Below the pieces are notes generated by a model. That model saw only the letters and a program-made list of their open reading frames with translations, searched no databases and had not been told where the DNA came from. Position numbers and translations under genes: made by a program. A DNA stretch of 64,000 bases from an uncultured delta proteobacterium (GTDB taxonomy: Bacteria > Desulfobacterota > Binatia > UBA9968). Positions 21,156 to 31,157 of this stretch are shown piece after piece; position 1 is the stretch's first letter; each line of letters opens with the position of its first letter. The stretch is taken from NCBI GenBank assembly GCA_963816145.1, contig CAWFJP010000003.1, forward strand, positions 160,001 to 224,000, given 5' to 3'.

Positions 21156-21205
21156 CACGGATATATCAATTGTTCGCGAAAATCTGAGACGCGGGAATCC
21201 GCTGT

Positions 21206-21308
21206 TGGGGGCGTATGGCATGCGCCCTTCCCGTAGAATTTCCACCACCGAGATCACAGAGACCACTGAGGTTCTGAAAAACCTTGTCTCCGCGCCGTCT
21301 GCGGTGAA
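21206..21308. repeat. GTAG-type REP-like palindrome followed by a family C hairpin repeat
   Basis: GGGGCGTATGGCATGCGCCCT (compare RC of 53729-53752, GTAGGGGCGTATGGCATACGCCCT); CACCACCGAGATCACAGAGACCACTGAGG..CTGCGGTGAA. Confidence 0.6.
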
Positions 21309-21316
21309 TCTTCCTG

Positions 21317-22270
21317 CTACTTGATTAACCCCGCCTTCTTGGCGATCTGTTCCACCACGCGGTGCTCCTCGCGGATATCGGCGATGAGTTTATCCGGCGC
21401 TTCGTAGTCGGCGACCATGCCGAGATTGCCCAAGCGCGCGGCGACGGCGGGATCCTTGATGACTTTCTCAAGAGCGACGATCAAAGTCTTCGACACTTCC
21501 GCCGGCACGCCGGCCGGCGCGAAAAACGCCGACCAGACGCCCAGGAGATTTTGTTTGTAGCCCAACTGGGCCAGGGTGGGGATCTGCGGGAATTCGGGCA
21601 TCTTGCTCGATGCGATAATGCCACGCATGGTGCCGGCCTTGAGATGTTCGGCGACGACCCCTTGAGCCGCGGCGGCGCCTTCGATGTGGCCGCCCAATGC
21701 CGCGGTCACCGCCGGGCCGGCGCCTTTGAACGGGATCATGGTCATATCGGCAGGGCTGATCGAGTTGACGATCTCAACGGTGAAATGGCCGACCGAACCG
21801 GGGCCCACGGTGCCAATGCGAATACCGCCGGGATTTTTCTTGCCGTATTCGATCATCTCGGCGAAGTTCTTGAACGGCGCATCTTTGTGCACCGCCAGGA
21901 TGATCGGCGTGCGCGCGGCCATGCCCAGCGGCGTGAGATCTTTGTAGGGATCGTAGGGCACGGCTTCCGGCGTGAGCACGCGGTTGAACACCATCGAGGC
22001 GTTGTTGGTGATCAGGATGGTATAGCCGTCTTTCGGCGCCTTCACGGCGCTATCGGTGCCGATAGTGCCGCCGGCGCCAGGCCGATTCACCGCCACCACC
22101 GGGACTTTGAGCAACTTGGACAGCCCTTCGCCGATGGTCCGGCCGGCGACATCGGTGGCATCGCCCGGGGCCAGCGGGACAATCAAGGTGATCGGCTGTT
22201 TGGGATAACCCTGTGCGTGTATGCCAACGGGCAATAGACATAAAAACAAGCTCCAGACGATACGTAGCAT
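21317..22270 (-). CDS. Tripartite tricarboxylate transporter substrate-binding protein (Bug/TctC)
   Basis: YPKQPITLIVP..PG.ATD, NRPGAGG, DGYT, PFKGAGPA, PAGVP. Confidence 0.92.
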   Translation of the reverse strand: MLRIVWSLFLCLLPVGIHAQGYPKQPITLIVPLAPGDATDVAGRTIGEGLSKLLKVPVVAVNRPGAGGTIGTDSAVKAPKDGYTILITNNASMVFNRVLTPEAVPYDPYKDLTPLGMAARTPIILAVHKDAPFKNFAEMIEYGKKNPGGIRIGTVGPGSVGHFTVEIVNSISPADMTMIPFKGAGPAVTAALGGHIEGAAAAQGVVAEHLKAGTMRGIIASSKMPEFPQIPTLAQLGYKQNLLGVWSAFFAPAGVPAEVSKTLIVALEKVIKDPAVAARLGNLGMVADYEAPDKLIADIREEHRVVEQIAKKAGLIK

Positions 22271-22282
22271 AGTTCCGATCCC

Positions 22283-23314
22283 CTATCGCGGCGGTTCGCC
22301 GCTCCAAACTTCTCTGAGAAAACCGCTCTTGTCCAAGTCGTCGGCAAATCGATTATCGATTATCTCGGCGGCTTTGCGGCGCACGTTGGTGCCCTGTTCG
22401 CGGGCGACCTCGATGACTCCACCGACGCTGCTTTCCGGTACCGTCAGGCGCCGATTAACCAGCAGCTTGGCATAGGCGTCGTAGGCCGATTGCAACGCAT
22501 CGCCATCGTTGAGCTTGAGGGCTTTGCCGACGGCAGCCTTGGCTTTGTCGGGATTTTTCTCAACGAACGCAATCGACTCAGCGAGGACAGCGGCCCACTT
22601 CTGCGCCCAGAGCGGACGGTCGCGCAAGGTCTTGGCGTTAGTGTGTAGCGAACTGTAGACCGCCGGCAAAGCGAGATCGTTCAGACGGTAGATCAAGTTG
22701 AAGCCGTCGCGGCGGCCACGCGCGTCGAGGGGCGGCGTGACCAAGGCCGCTTCAGCGAGGCCGGCGCGCATGGCGTTAAAAGGTTCCACCTGGCCGGTGC
22801 CGCCGACGGTAAGGATCTTCACCTCGTTTTCCGTCAGGCTGAATTTTTTGAGCAGCGCCCGCGCCAGCCGGAAGGTTAAATCCCCGGCCCGGGTCACCGC
22901 GATACTTTTTCCTTTCAGATCTTCGACACGCTTAATGTCTTTGCGCGCCAACATGACCCAAGGGAGTCCGACCAGTGGAGCGGCGATGAGCTTGGCATCG
23001 CTGCCGGAGGCCATGCCGGGAATCGTCGCATCGGCGGCGCAATAGAGAAATTGAATTTCGTCCGCGGCGAGAGCTGCCAAGGCAACGCCGCTGCCGCGGA
23101 TCGAAACGAACTCGACCTTCATGCCGTACTTGTCGAATAATCCGTTGTCGAGGGCGGCGTACAGATGAATAAATCCACCGGTGATTGCGCAAGTAGCGAC
23201 CCGCACCGTCACCGGCGCCTCTCCGGGCTTCGCCAAATAGGGATTGGCGTACGCGGCGGCGTGTGGCCAACAAAAATGAATCACGAGGATCACTGCGCCA
23301 GTCAGGCTTTTCAT
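22283..23314 (-). CDS. ABC substrate-binding protein, SsuA/NMT1/THI5-like
   Basis: Signal peptide; GLFDKYGM; DLKGKSIAV; C-terminal LDKSGF. Confidence 0.85.
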   Translation of the reverse strand: MKSLTGAVILVIHFCWPHAAAYANPYLAKPGEAPVTVRVATCAITGGFIHLYAALDNGLFDKYGMKVEFVSIRGSGVALAALAADEIQFLYCAADATIPGMASGSDAKLIAAPLVGLPWVMLARKDIKRVEDLKGKSIAVTRAGDLTFRLARALLKKFSLTENEVKILTVGGTGQVEPFNAMRAGLAEAALVTPPLDARGRRDGFNLIYRLNDLALPAVYSSLHTNAKTLRDRPLWAQKWAAVLAESIAFVEKNPDKAKAAVGKALKLNDGDALQSAYDAYAKLLVNRRLTVPESSVGGVIEVAREQGTNVRRKAAEIIDNRFADDLDKSGFLREVWSGEPPR

Positions 23315-23451
23315 GAGACGATGACCGCTTCGAGACTTTGCGAATACATCCGCTTGCCGGTCAAAGTCAAGTTCGAATTCTTTTCTTGTATTCGGCCGGC
23401 TCGGCCCATGTACTATTACTCTTTCGATTCGCGAACGCGGGAGGATTGTCC

Positions 23452-24429
23452 ATGAAACGGATTGTCACGGCGCTCTTAATATTCTCATATAGTGCGATTG
23501 TGTTGAGCAGCGTTAGCCATGCGCAAAGCTTCAAAGTCGGCATGACCTCAAAAACGCTTTTCTACTTGCCGTTCTACGTCGGTCAAAAGCATGGATTTTA
23601 CTCCCAGGAGAATGTCAAAGTTGAGCTAGTACTGATTGGCCGCACTGATGTACAACTGCAGGCGCTGCTCAGCGGCGAGATCAATTTCGGCACCCTCAAT
23701 GCCGACAGCGTCATCGCCGTCGCTGAGAAAGGCGCCATACTCAAGGTCATCGCCGGCGTCGACAACGCCGCGCCATACTTTCTTATCGGCGCCAAGCACC
23801 TGAAAAAGGTCGAAGACTTAAAGGGAGCGCGGCTCGGGGTCGCGAGTTTGCGCGGCGGCGCGACCTCGATCCTGCTCGAATACCTCAAGAGCAAAGGGCT
23901 GTTCTTTCCGCGGGATTTTATCTTGACGGTGATCTCCGGCGGCACCGTGAGTCGACTGACCGCGTTGGAAACCGGCGCCATCGCCGGAGCGGTATTGGGG
24001 TTTCCCTATTCGGACATCGCCGCCGATCAGGGATTCTCGCGCTTGGGCGACACCATGGAGGTGATTTCCACCTATCAATTCAACGGCCTTACGGTGAATC
24101 CCGCCTGGGCGGAGAAAAATCGCGCCGGCGTGGTTCGCTTCTTGAAAGCGCATATCCGCTCGCTGCGTTGGATTCACGAGCATCCGGACCAAGCGGCCGA
24201 TCTATTCACCGCCGAGATGGGCATCAAGCCGCCTTATGCGCGGCGCGGCGTCGATTATTTTACCAAGAACAAGGTGTTTCCCATCGATGGCTCGGTGACC
24301 GTTGAAGGACTGAAAGCCAATATCGACATCCAATTCAAAGACGGCGTGCTCAAGGAACCGTTACCGACGCCAGAACGGTACGCGGACCAGAGCTATGTGC
24401 GCCAAGCACAGAAAGAGTTGGGGTTGTAG
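23452..24429 (+). CDS. ABC substrate-binding protein, SsuA/NMT1/THI5-like
   Basis: GGAGG RBS, signal peptide (SHA), YLPFYVGQKHGFY, DLKGARLGV. Confidence 0.87.
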   Translation: MKRIVTALLIFSYSAIVLSSVSHAQSFKVGMTSKTLFYLPFYVGQKHGFYSQENVKVELVLIGRTDVQLQALLSGEINFGTLNADSVIAVAEKGAILKVIAGVDNAAPYFLIGAKHLKKVEDLKGARLGVASLRGGATSILLEYLKSKGLFFPRDFILTVISGGTVSRLTALETGAIAGAVLGFPYSDIAADQGFSRLGDTMEVISTYQFNGLTVNPAWAEKNRAGVVRFLKAHIRSLRWIHEHPDQAADLFTAEMGIKPPYARRGVDYFTKNKVFPIDGSVTVEGLKANIDIQFKDGVLKEPLPTPERYADQSYVRQAQKELGL

Positions 24430-24483
24430 ATTGGAACGTTCGTTGAATGCGCTATTATGGAGCCGCCCGTCAGCAAAACGGTT

Positions 24484-24610
24484 ACCACCACAGAGCGCAC
24501 AGAGACCACAGAGGTTTTAGCAAAAAACTTCTCTAATGAACTCTGTGGGCTCTGTGGTGAGTTATCTTTGGTCTCTCAAGATGAGATCTCTCACATTCGT
24601 TGGTATGACA
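24484..24610. repeat. Family C hairpin repeat plus family A half-site
   Basis: ACCACCACAGAGCGCACAGAGACCACAGAGG..CTCTGTGGGCTCTGTGGTG; GAGATCTCTCACATTCGTTGGTATGACA. Confidence 0.7.
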
Positions 24611-24755
24611 GGTTATGTGGAAATTTTTGCTAATCTTCGAAGCTGGTCGAAATCGTCCTGAAGCGTTACCCAATTAGGTTTGACGGCGCAAGGTGGTTTT
24701 GTTATCCGAGAAGTATGCTTTATAGTCACTGGCAAATCAGGAGTCATTCATCATC

Positions 24756-25769
24756 ATGTCCAGACGAGTTTTTTCGGCGCTGCTGATCTTTTCAATGGCA
24801 TTGTTATTCTCGGTCGAATTGCCGGCGCAAAGCCGCCCTAAGATCGTCATCGGCCATGCTTCCATGAGCTCGGTGGTTCTGACTCTATGGGCGGCGCAGG
24901 ACAAAGGCTTTTTTGCCAAGAACGGTATCGACGCCCAAATGGTTTTCATCCCAGGTTCGCCGACCTTGATCGCCTCGCTCAATACCGGCGATGTTCATTT
25001 TGGTTTCACCGGAGGGACGGCGACCTTGGGCGCGGCGGTGGCTGGACTCGATGTTAGAGTGATCGCCGCCTTCGCCGACCGCGTGCAGAGTGAACTGGTG
25101 ACCCGGCCAGAGATCAAGACCGCCGCCGATCTCAAGGGTAAGCGCATCGGTGTCACCAGCATCGGCGGCACCGGCTGGATGTCGGCGCTCTTGATCCTCG
25201 AACAGATCGGCATCAATGTCGAGCGCGATAAAATGCAGCTCACCGCCTTCGGCGACCAGCGGGTTATCAGCAACGCCCTCGAAAGCGGCACGATCCAAGG
25301 GGCGGCGCTGGCGGGTATTTTTAGTAAAACACTAGCCAGAAAAGGCTACTGGATTCCCGGCGAGCCGGACAAGATTCCACTCACAGGAACGGGATTGGTA
25401 CTCAAGGCCGATTATCTTCAGAATCACGCGGCCATCGCTAGAAATGTCATGCGCAGCTTGGTCGAAGGCCACGCCTACGTATTGAATCCCGCCAATAAGA
25501 GCAGCTCGATGGAGATTCTGTCCAAACGGCTCGGCATAAAAGATCAGAGCGCTGCCGCAGACGGCTATGAAGATTACGTCAACGGTGTCGTGCGCAAGCC
25601 TTACGTCGGCCTCGACGGATTGAAAAACATTCAACGTTTCATGAAGCTGCGCAATCCCAAGATCGCTGAGCTCAATCTCGAAAAATTGATCGACGAGAGT
25701 ATCATGCGCGAGTTTGAGAAAAGCGGTTTCCTCGATCAGCAATTCGGCGTAAAGTCTGGAGTCAAATAA
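24756..25769 (+). CDS. ABC substrate-binding protein, SsuA/NMT1/THI5-like
   Basis: Signal peptide; WAAQDKGFF; DLKGKRIGV; C-terminal EKSGFLD. Confidence 0.88.
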   Translation: MSRRVFSALLIFSMALLFSVELPAQSRPKIVIGHASMSSVVLTLWAAQDKGFFAKNGIDAQMVFIPGSPTLIASLNTGDVHFGFTGGTATLGAAVAGLDVRVIAAFADRVQSELVTRPEIKTAADLKGKRIGVTSIGGTGWMSALLILEQIGINVERDKMQLTAFGDQRVISNALESGTIQGAALAGIFSKTLARKGYWIPGEPDKIPLTGTGLVLKADYLQNHAAIARNVMRSLVEGHAYVLNPANKSSSMEILSKRLGIKDQSAAADGYEDYVNGVVRKPYVGLDGLKNIQRFMKLRNPKIAELNLEKLIDESIMREFEKSGFLDQQFGVKSGVK

Positions 25770-25798
25770 TCAGCGAAAGGTTATACGAGGAGGAATTT

Positions 25799-26890
25799 AT
25801 GGCAATTGACGGCATGAAGGTGATCGATCTCGATAGTCATTTGGTTGGCGATTTGGATAGTTGGGATCAAACCATCGAAGCACAATATAAAGATTTCCTA
25901 CCGCGCAAGCTGCCAACCAAGGACAACGAGCGGCGCAAGACTCTGGTCGGCAATCAAATCATGATCGGCTCCGAGCTGGGCCGGCAGAAGGCGGAAAAGA
26001 AAGAGTGGGTGACTCCCGCCGATCTGACACCGGCGGGGCGCGTGCACAACATGGACCTGGACGGTATCGATGTCGCCGTGCTGTCGCCCAACTCGCCTGC
26101 GCTCGATATCCTTTGGTTCGTCGACGACCCGGAACTCGGCGCCGCCTACGCCCGGGCACAGAATAATTACATGAACTGGTACGCCTCGCAGCAAAAAGGC
26201 CGCCTGATGTGGGCCGGTGTGATACCGCTGCAAGATCCCAAGGAGGCGATCAAGGAACTGCATCGCTCACGCGAGTTGGGCAGCAAAGCGCTCAACGTCA
26301 AAGCGACACCGATTCCTGGTAAAGAATGGTCCGACCCGTACTTCGATCCGATTTTCGACGAACTGGAAAAAACCAAAACACCGATCATCTTTCATGACAC
26401 CAAGACCGGCTCCATGGGCCATGACCGATTTGCCGACAACTTCTTTTTTTCCCACATGGTCGGCCGCACCATCGAAAGCATGGTGTGCTTGATGGTTTAT
26501 CTATGCGGCGGTGTCATGGAAAAGCATCCGGACTTGAAAATCATCTGCCTCGAGACCGGCGCATCGCAGATGCCCTGGTGGTTGTCGCGCATGGACGAAC
26601 ATTTCGAGAAGTTGCCGCATCTCGTGCCCTGGCAGAAGCGCAAACCGACCGACATTTTCAATGAAAGCGTCTTTGTCGGCTGCGAACCTTTCGAAGACGG
26701 ATTGTTCGAGTGGGCGGTGGAATATTTAGGCGGCGACCGCTTGGTTCTCGCCACCGATTCGCCCCACTGGGACTCTTCGGTGCCGGGACAGGTGACGGGA
26801 CCGGTGGCCAAGAGCACGAAGATTTCCCCGGACAACAAGCGCAAAGTCCTGGGCGAGAATGCCATCAATCTGCTGGGGCTGGGGCTCTAA
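25799..26890 (+). CDS. Amidohydrolase family 2 protein (decarboxylase/hydratase/hydrolase)
   Basis: IDLDSH, MDLDGID, IIFH, LETG, ATDSPHWD, LGENA; GAGGAGG RBS. Confidence 0.88.
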   Translation: MAIDGMKVIDLDSHLVGDLDSWDQTIEAQYKDFLPRKLPTKDNERRKTLVGNQIMIGSELGRQKAEKKEWVTPADLTPAGRVHNMDLDGIDVAVLSPNSPALDILWFVDDPELGAAYARAQNNYMNWYASQQKGRLMWAGVIPLQDPKEAIKELHRSRELGSKALNVKATPIPGKEWSDPYFDPIFDELEKTKTPIIFHDTKTGSMGHDRFADNFFFSHMVGRTIESMVCLMVYLCGGVMEKHPDLKIICLETGASQMPWWLSRMDEHFEKLPHLVPWQKRKPTDIFNESVFVGCEPFEDGLFEWAVEYLGGDRLVLATDSPHWDSSVPGQVTGPVAKSTKISPDNKRKVLGENAINLLGLGL

Positions 26891-26946
26891 CCCCGTTCGT
26901 TCATTTTGGCGGGTGGGAGTCCCCAGTCCTAAGGCAAAAATAACTC

Positions 26947-27027
26947 CCGTCATGCCCGTGAATACGGGCTTCCAGGCTTGCTCTGCGATCTCGAAATGCT
27001 GGATTCCCGCGTGCGCGGGAATGACGG
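26947..27027. repeat. Family B CGTC-type REP doublet
   Basis: CCGTCATGCCCGTGAATACGGGCTTCCAG ... CTGGATTCCCGCGTGCGCGGGAATGACGG. Confidence 0.8.
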
Positions 27028-27042
27028 AATGGGAGGGCCGTC

Positions 27043-28059
27043 ATGTCGCGACTGCTATGGGTTGTGCTGCTCAACGTTGCATTTCTGGCTGTTCACGGCG
27101 AAACGCCGGCAGCGACTCCAAGCGGTAAGAAATTAGTTATCGCTTACGCCGCCATGAACGCCCGGGTCTGCCCCCTCTGGGCGCCGCGGGAACGAGGCTT
27201 CTTCGCCAAGTACGGGTTTGACGCCGAACCGCTTTTCGTCCGCGGTGCGCCGACGTTGGTTGCCGCCATGTCCTCTAACGAGATCGAAGTTGGCTATACC
27301 GGCGGCACGGCCGTCATCGGAGCGGTCGCGTCGGGCTCCGACCTGAAGGTCTTGTCGGCCCTGACCAATCGGGTGACCTATGAACTGGTGGCCCGTCCCA
27401 ATATCAAAACGCCCGAAGATTTGCGCGGCAAAAAATTTGGCGTGCAGGCTATCGGCGGCACGGTGTGGATGGGCGCGATTCTGGCTCTGGAACACTTGGG
27501 TCTCGATCCCGAGCGCGATAAGATCGCGATCATCGCCGCTGGAGATCAGAGCGTACTCGCGCAAGCGGTCGCCCAGGGCACCATCGACGCGACCGTCCTC
27601 GACGGCGTTCAGGCACGGCCACTCGCGAACAAGGGGCTCAACATTCTCGCCGATCTCGGCAAGACCAATTTGCCGATCCTAAGCTCCTCGATTGTCGCGA
27701 GAGAGCCTTATATTCAGAAAAACCCGCAGCTGGTGGAAAATGTTTTGCGCGCTATCATCGAAGGGGCGGCATTTTGCTTGTCGGCGCGGGAGAAACCCAA
27801 TACGCTGAAGATCTTGCAAAAGTATCTGCGCATATCCGAGAAGGATGCCGAGGAAGGCTATCACGATATGGTCATGGGCCTCGACCGTAAACCGTATGCT
27901 AACCCGGCCGGTGCAACTAACGTTATCCGCCTGATGAAGCGCAGCAATCCCAAAGTCGAGAACGTGAAACCCGAGAACTTGATTGACGACCGAATCATGA
28001 AAAAGCTCGACCAGAGCGGCTTTATCGACGAGATAATGGCGAAGTATGGGGTCAAGTGA
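27043..28059 (+). CDS. ABC substrate-binding protein, SsuA/NMT1/THI5-like
   Basis: Signal peptide; RGFFAKYG; DLRGKKFGV; LDQSGFID; close paralog of 24756. Confidence 0.88.
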   Translation: MSRLLWVVLLNVAFLAVHGETPAATPSGKKLVIAYAAMNARVCPLWAPRERGFFAKYGFDAEPLFVRGAPTLVAAMSSNEIEVGYTGGTAVIGAVASGSDLKVLSALTNRVTYELVARPNIKTPEDLRGKKFGVQAIGGTVWMGAILALEHLGLDPERDKIAIIAAGDQSVLAQAVAQGTIDATVLDGVQARPLANKGLNILADLGKTNLPILSSSIVAREPYIQKNPQLVENVLRAIIEGAAFCLSAREKPNTLKILQKYLRISEKDAEEGYHDMVMGLDRKPYANPAGATNVIRLMKRSNPKVENVKPENLIDDRIMKKLDQSGFIDEIMAKYGVK

Positions 28060-28075
28060 CGGCCGCGCACGCGGC

Positions 28076-28513
28076 CGTCATCCCGAACCAAGAGAGGGAT
28101 CTCGTTGTAGTGGCAGAGAGTTGGACTTGTCATTTCTAGCGCAGCGAGAATTCCATGCCGGCGGAGAATTGCTACTACGTCTATCTGCTGACCAATTGGA
28201 ACAACAAAGTGATGTATGTCGGTGTCACCAACGATCTCAGAAGACGGATATACGAACACCAGAACAAATTGCTGAATGGGTTCACGCAGAAATACAACGT
28301 CAACAAGTTAGTTTATTACGAACAAACGAGTGATGTATTTGGCGCCCTTACCCGAGAAAAAGAAATCAAAGAGTGGCGCAGGGAGAAGAAGAATGCGTTG
28401 GTCGTCCAGGCCAACCCCAAGTGGACTGACTTGAGTAAGGCGTTTTAGATTTCTCCCTTCGGTCGAAATGACAGGCTGAGAGCTTCTGTCATCCCGAACG
28501 AAGAGAGGGATCC
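28076..28513. mobile_element. GIY-YIG gene cassette bracketed by four family A (GTCAT-type) REP palindromes
   Basis: A1 28076-28103; A2 28128-28154 abuts the ATG; inverted A3 28447-28473 overlaps the stop; A4 28487-28513 is nearly identical to A1. Confidence 0.6.
28155..28448 (+). CDS. Small GIY-YIG nuclease family protein
   Basis: YYVYLL...MYVGVTNDLRRRIYEH..GFTQKY..KLVYYE...REKEIK.W.R..K...NP.W.DL; more AT-rich than neighbours. Confidence 0.92.
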   Translation: MPAENCYYVYLLTNWNNKVMYVGVTNDLRRRIYEHQNKLLNGFTQKYNVNKLVYYEQTSDVFGALTREKEIKEWRREKKNALVVQANPKWTDLSKAF

Positions 28514-28565
28514 TTCCAAGTTCAATTCATAGACAATTGCCAAGTTACGCGAAATCGGAGGTTCC

Positions 28566-29675
28566 ATGTACATTGACGGCGATACCCACTATTGGCCGCT
28601 GCGTTTTATCGACAAGGTAAAGCACCCCGGAAAAGGCCACCTCGAAGTGGTCGAGGACAAGGGCGATATGGTGCGCTACGGCGAAGTGGTGCCGGGCAAG
28701 GTGGCGACCTATTACCGCGACGGCAAAAAAGTTCACTCGTTCAAAGAAGGCCGCTGGAGCATCCCGCTGCGCGCCGAGTTCATGAAGAAAGACGGCTTCG
28801 ACAAGCAAGTCTTGATCCCCGACAATCGGCCGCTGATCTACGAGTGCGATGCCGAACTGGGCCGTCAGTTGGCGCGCGCTTATAACGATACGGTCGCCGA
28901 GGACATTCAGGGCGATGATCGTTTCATCGGCTGCGCCTGGATTTATTTGCCGGATATCCAAGAATCCGTGAAGGAGCTGCGCCGCGCGGTCAAAGAGCTT
29001 GGGCTCAAGGCCGTGAAGTTCAACGGCGGTTGGGGCGACGGCGACTTGGACAGCGAAGTCTTGTATCCGCTTTATGAAGCGATCGCCGACTTGGATATTC
29101 CGATCTTACTTCACCCGGCGGCGCGCGTCTATGAGGCGCAGCATAGCCACCCCTGGCTGGTCGGCAGCGAGCGCTTTCAAGGCTACCAGCATTTCCCCAC
29201 CGCTCTGGGCTTTCCACTCACATACATGGTCAGCGCGGCGCGCTTGATCTTCGGCGGCGTGCTCGATCGTTTTCCGACGTTGAAGTTCGGCTTCTTCGAA
29301 GGCGGCATCGGCTGGGTGCCCTGGCTCATGCACACGCTGGACGCGCATATGCCCAACGACGCGACGATTTCCATCTCGGTGCAGCAGTTCTTCGAAGGCA
29401 AGCAGGGCATCAAGAAAAAGCCGAGCCAGTATTTCGATCAGTTCTTCATCGCCTGCGTTTCCTGGGAAACTTACATCGCCGACACCGTCAATGGCTGGCC
29501 CAACCATAACATAATTATTGGCAGCGACTTCGACCACGGCGACGCCGTGGCCACTTGGCCACGCACGGTCGACGTCATCAAGCAGATGAACGCATTGTCG
29601 GCTGCCGACAAGGAAAAAATTCTCGGCGACAACGCCATGAAGATGTTTGGTCTGACTGGCAACGGGGCTCACTAA
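28566..29675 (+). CDS. Amidohydrolase family 2 protein
   Basis: IDGDTH, ARAYND, ILLHP, FFEGG, GSDFDHGD, ILGDNA. Confidence 0.88.
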   Translation: MYIDGDTHYWPLRFIDKVKHPGKGHLEVVEDKGDMVRYGEVVPGKVATYYRDGKKVHSFKEGRWSIPLRAEFMKKDGFDKQVLIPDNRPLIYECDAELGRQLARAYNDTVAEDIQGDDRFIGCAWIYLPDIQESVKELRRAVKELGLKAVKFNGGWGDGDLDSEVLYPLYEAIADLDIPILLHPAARVYEAQHSHPWLVGSERFQGYQHFPTALGFPLTYMVSAARLIFGGVLDRFPTLKFGFFEGGIGWVPWLMHTLDAHMPNDATISISVQQFFEGKQGIKKKPSQYFDQFFIACVSWETYIADTVNGWPNHNIIIGSDFDHGDAVATWPRTVDVIKQMNALSAADKEKILGDNAMKMFGLTGNGAH

Positions 29676-29734
29676 AGAGCTGTCGCCTCAGTTCACGACG
29701 AATTCGGCGCTTACCTTCAGGGATACTTCTTGAT

Positions 29735-29820
29735 TTCGTCATTCCGGCGAACGCCGGAATCCAGGTTGATTCTTGTCCAGGAATTCCAAATTGGATGCCG
29801 GTTTTCACCGGCATGACGAA
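29735..29820. repeat. Family B CGTC-type REP doublet between convergent genes
   Basis: TTCGTCATTCCGGCGAACGCCGGAATCCA ... TGGATGCCGGTTTTCACCGGCATGACGAA. Confidence 0.82.
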
Positions 29821-29840
29821 ATTGTTAGTCTCGTTCTCAG

Positions 29841-30860
29841 CTATTGATACAGCCCCTTGATAAACCCGCTATCCTCCAATGGCTTGATTAAGCTGTTGTC
29901 GATGAACAAGTTGGGATCGGCGGTTTTGGCTTTGGGGAAGTCCTTTGCCATGAATTCGAGGACAGTTCGGGTGCCGATCACGGAAGGGTAGGGGGCAGCT
30001 TCCATGTATTGAGTGGCGAAGAGATTGTAGGAGCGCTCGAGATAAGTCTCTTTTCCCTTTTCGATGCGCATCTTTTTCATGAGGATGCGCATGCTGTCTT
30101 CTTTGTTGCGTTTGAAGTAGGCCACCCCCTCGACGAAACCCTTCATGAAGCGGCTGGCGAGATCGCGGTGGTTTTTCAGGTAGGCACGCGAGGCGACCAA
30201 GACGTTCTGCAAGTATTGAATATCCATCGCCACCGGATCGCCAAGGGTTTTGAAGCCGCTGTCTTCAGCTACAAAAAAAGTTGGGTCTTGCAACACTGCC
30301 GCGTCGATGCCGCCTTTTTGCAGACTGATAAGCATCACCGGCGAGGCGCCGACTTGAATAATCTGCACATCTTCAGGCGCCATATTCCATTTGCGCAGCA
30401 TCAGCAGCAGCGCCAGATGGCCGGAAGAGCCCAACGTCGTGATGCCGACCCGTTTGCCCTTTAAGCCGGCGGGCGTCGTAATCTCCGGCTTGACCATGAC
30501 ACGCTGAATGCCTTTGTTGTTGCCGGCGGCGACCATGACGATATCCGAGCCGCTAAAAACCGCGCTGACCACCGCGCCACCGCCGGTTGAGCCGAACTGC
30601 AAATCGCCGGCGATCACCGCGCTCACCGACCTGGTGGCGCCGCCGCCGATGACGATTGGCTCGCTTTCGATGCCGTATTTCTTGAATATCCCTTTCTCCT
30701 CGGCGATCCACACCGGTGCATTTGCCATGCTGATAGCGGAGAAGCCGACGCGAATTTTGTCCGCAGCGAAAGCGCTTGGTGGCTCGAGCGCGACGGTTAA
30801 TAGCGCAAGGATAAGAATGCCAGCGATGCGAAAACTCAACGAAGATTCCTTGTCAGACAC
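29841..30860 (-). CDS. ABC substrate-binding protein, SsuA/NMT1/THI5-like
   Basis: AGGAG + GTG at 30860; signal AFA-ADK; WIAEEKGIF; LEDSGFI. Confidence 0.87.
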   Translation of the reverse strand: MSDKESSLSFRIAGILILALLTVALEPPSAFAADKIRVGFSAISMANAPVWIAEEKGIFKKYGIESEPIVIGGGATRSVSAVIAGDLQFGSTGGGAVVSAVFSGSDIVMVAAGNNKGIQRVMVKPEITTPAGLKGKRVGITTLGSSGHLALLLMLRKWNMAPEDVQIIQVGASPVMLISLQKGGIDAAVLQDPTFFVAEDSGFKTLGDPVAMDIQYLQNVLVASRAYLKNHRDLASRFMKGFVEGVAYFKRNKEDSMRILMKKMRIEKGKETYLERSYNLFATQYMEAAPYPSVIGTRTVLEFMAKDFPKAKTADPNLFIDNSLIKPLEDSGFIKGLYQ

Positions 30861-31157
30861 GATGTTGTCTCCTGTCATAATATTTTTGAAGTGATACCTG
30901 CTGGCAGTTAACATTGAGGACGAATCGATGTCAAAAGAATTATCAGAAGATCGATCTTGTCGTTGCAAGGTGCGATGCTGAATCCCTGGAGCTGAATTTT
31001 AGGAAACAACTTTCAGCGCCTATTGAGTAGAAACAATGAGCAGACCTTTACAAGTGGGCGTCTCAATTTTACATGTGCCTGATGTTCGGCAGAGGCGAAT
31101 CATGCTATACAGAAGCGAGGCGGTTTTATACTGACACAATTAATATGCATTCTGTCG

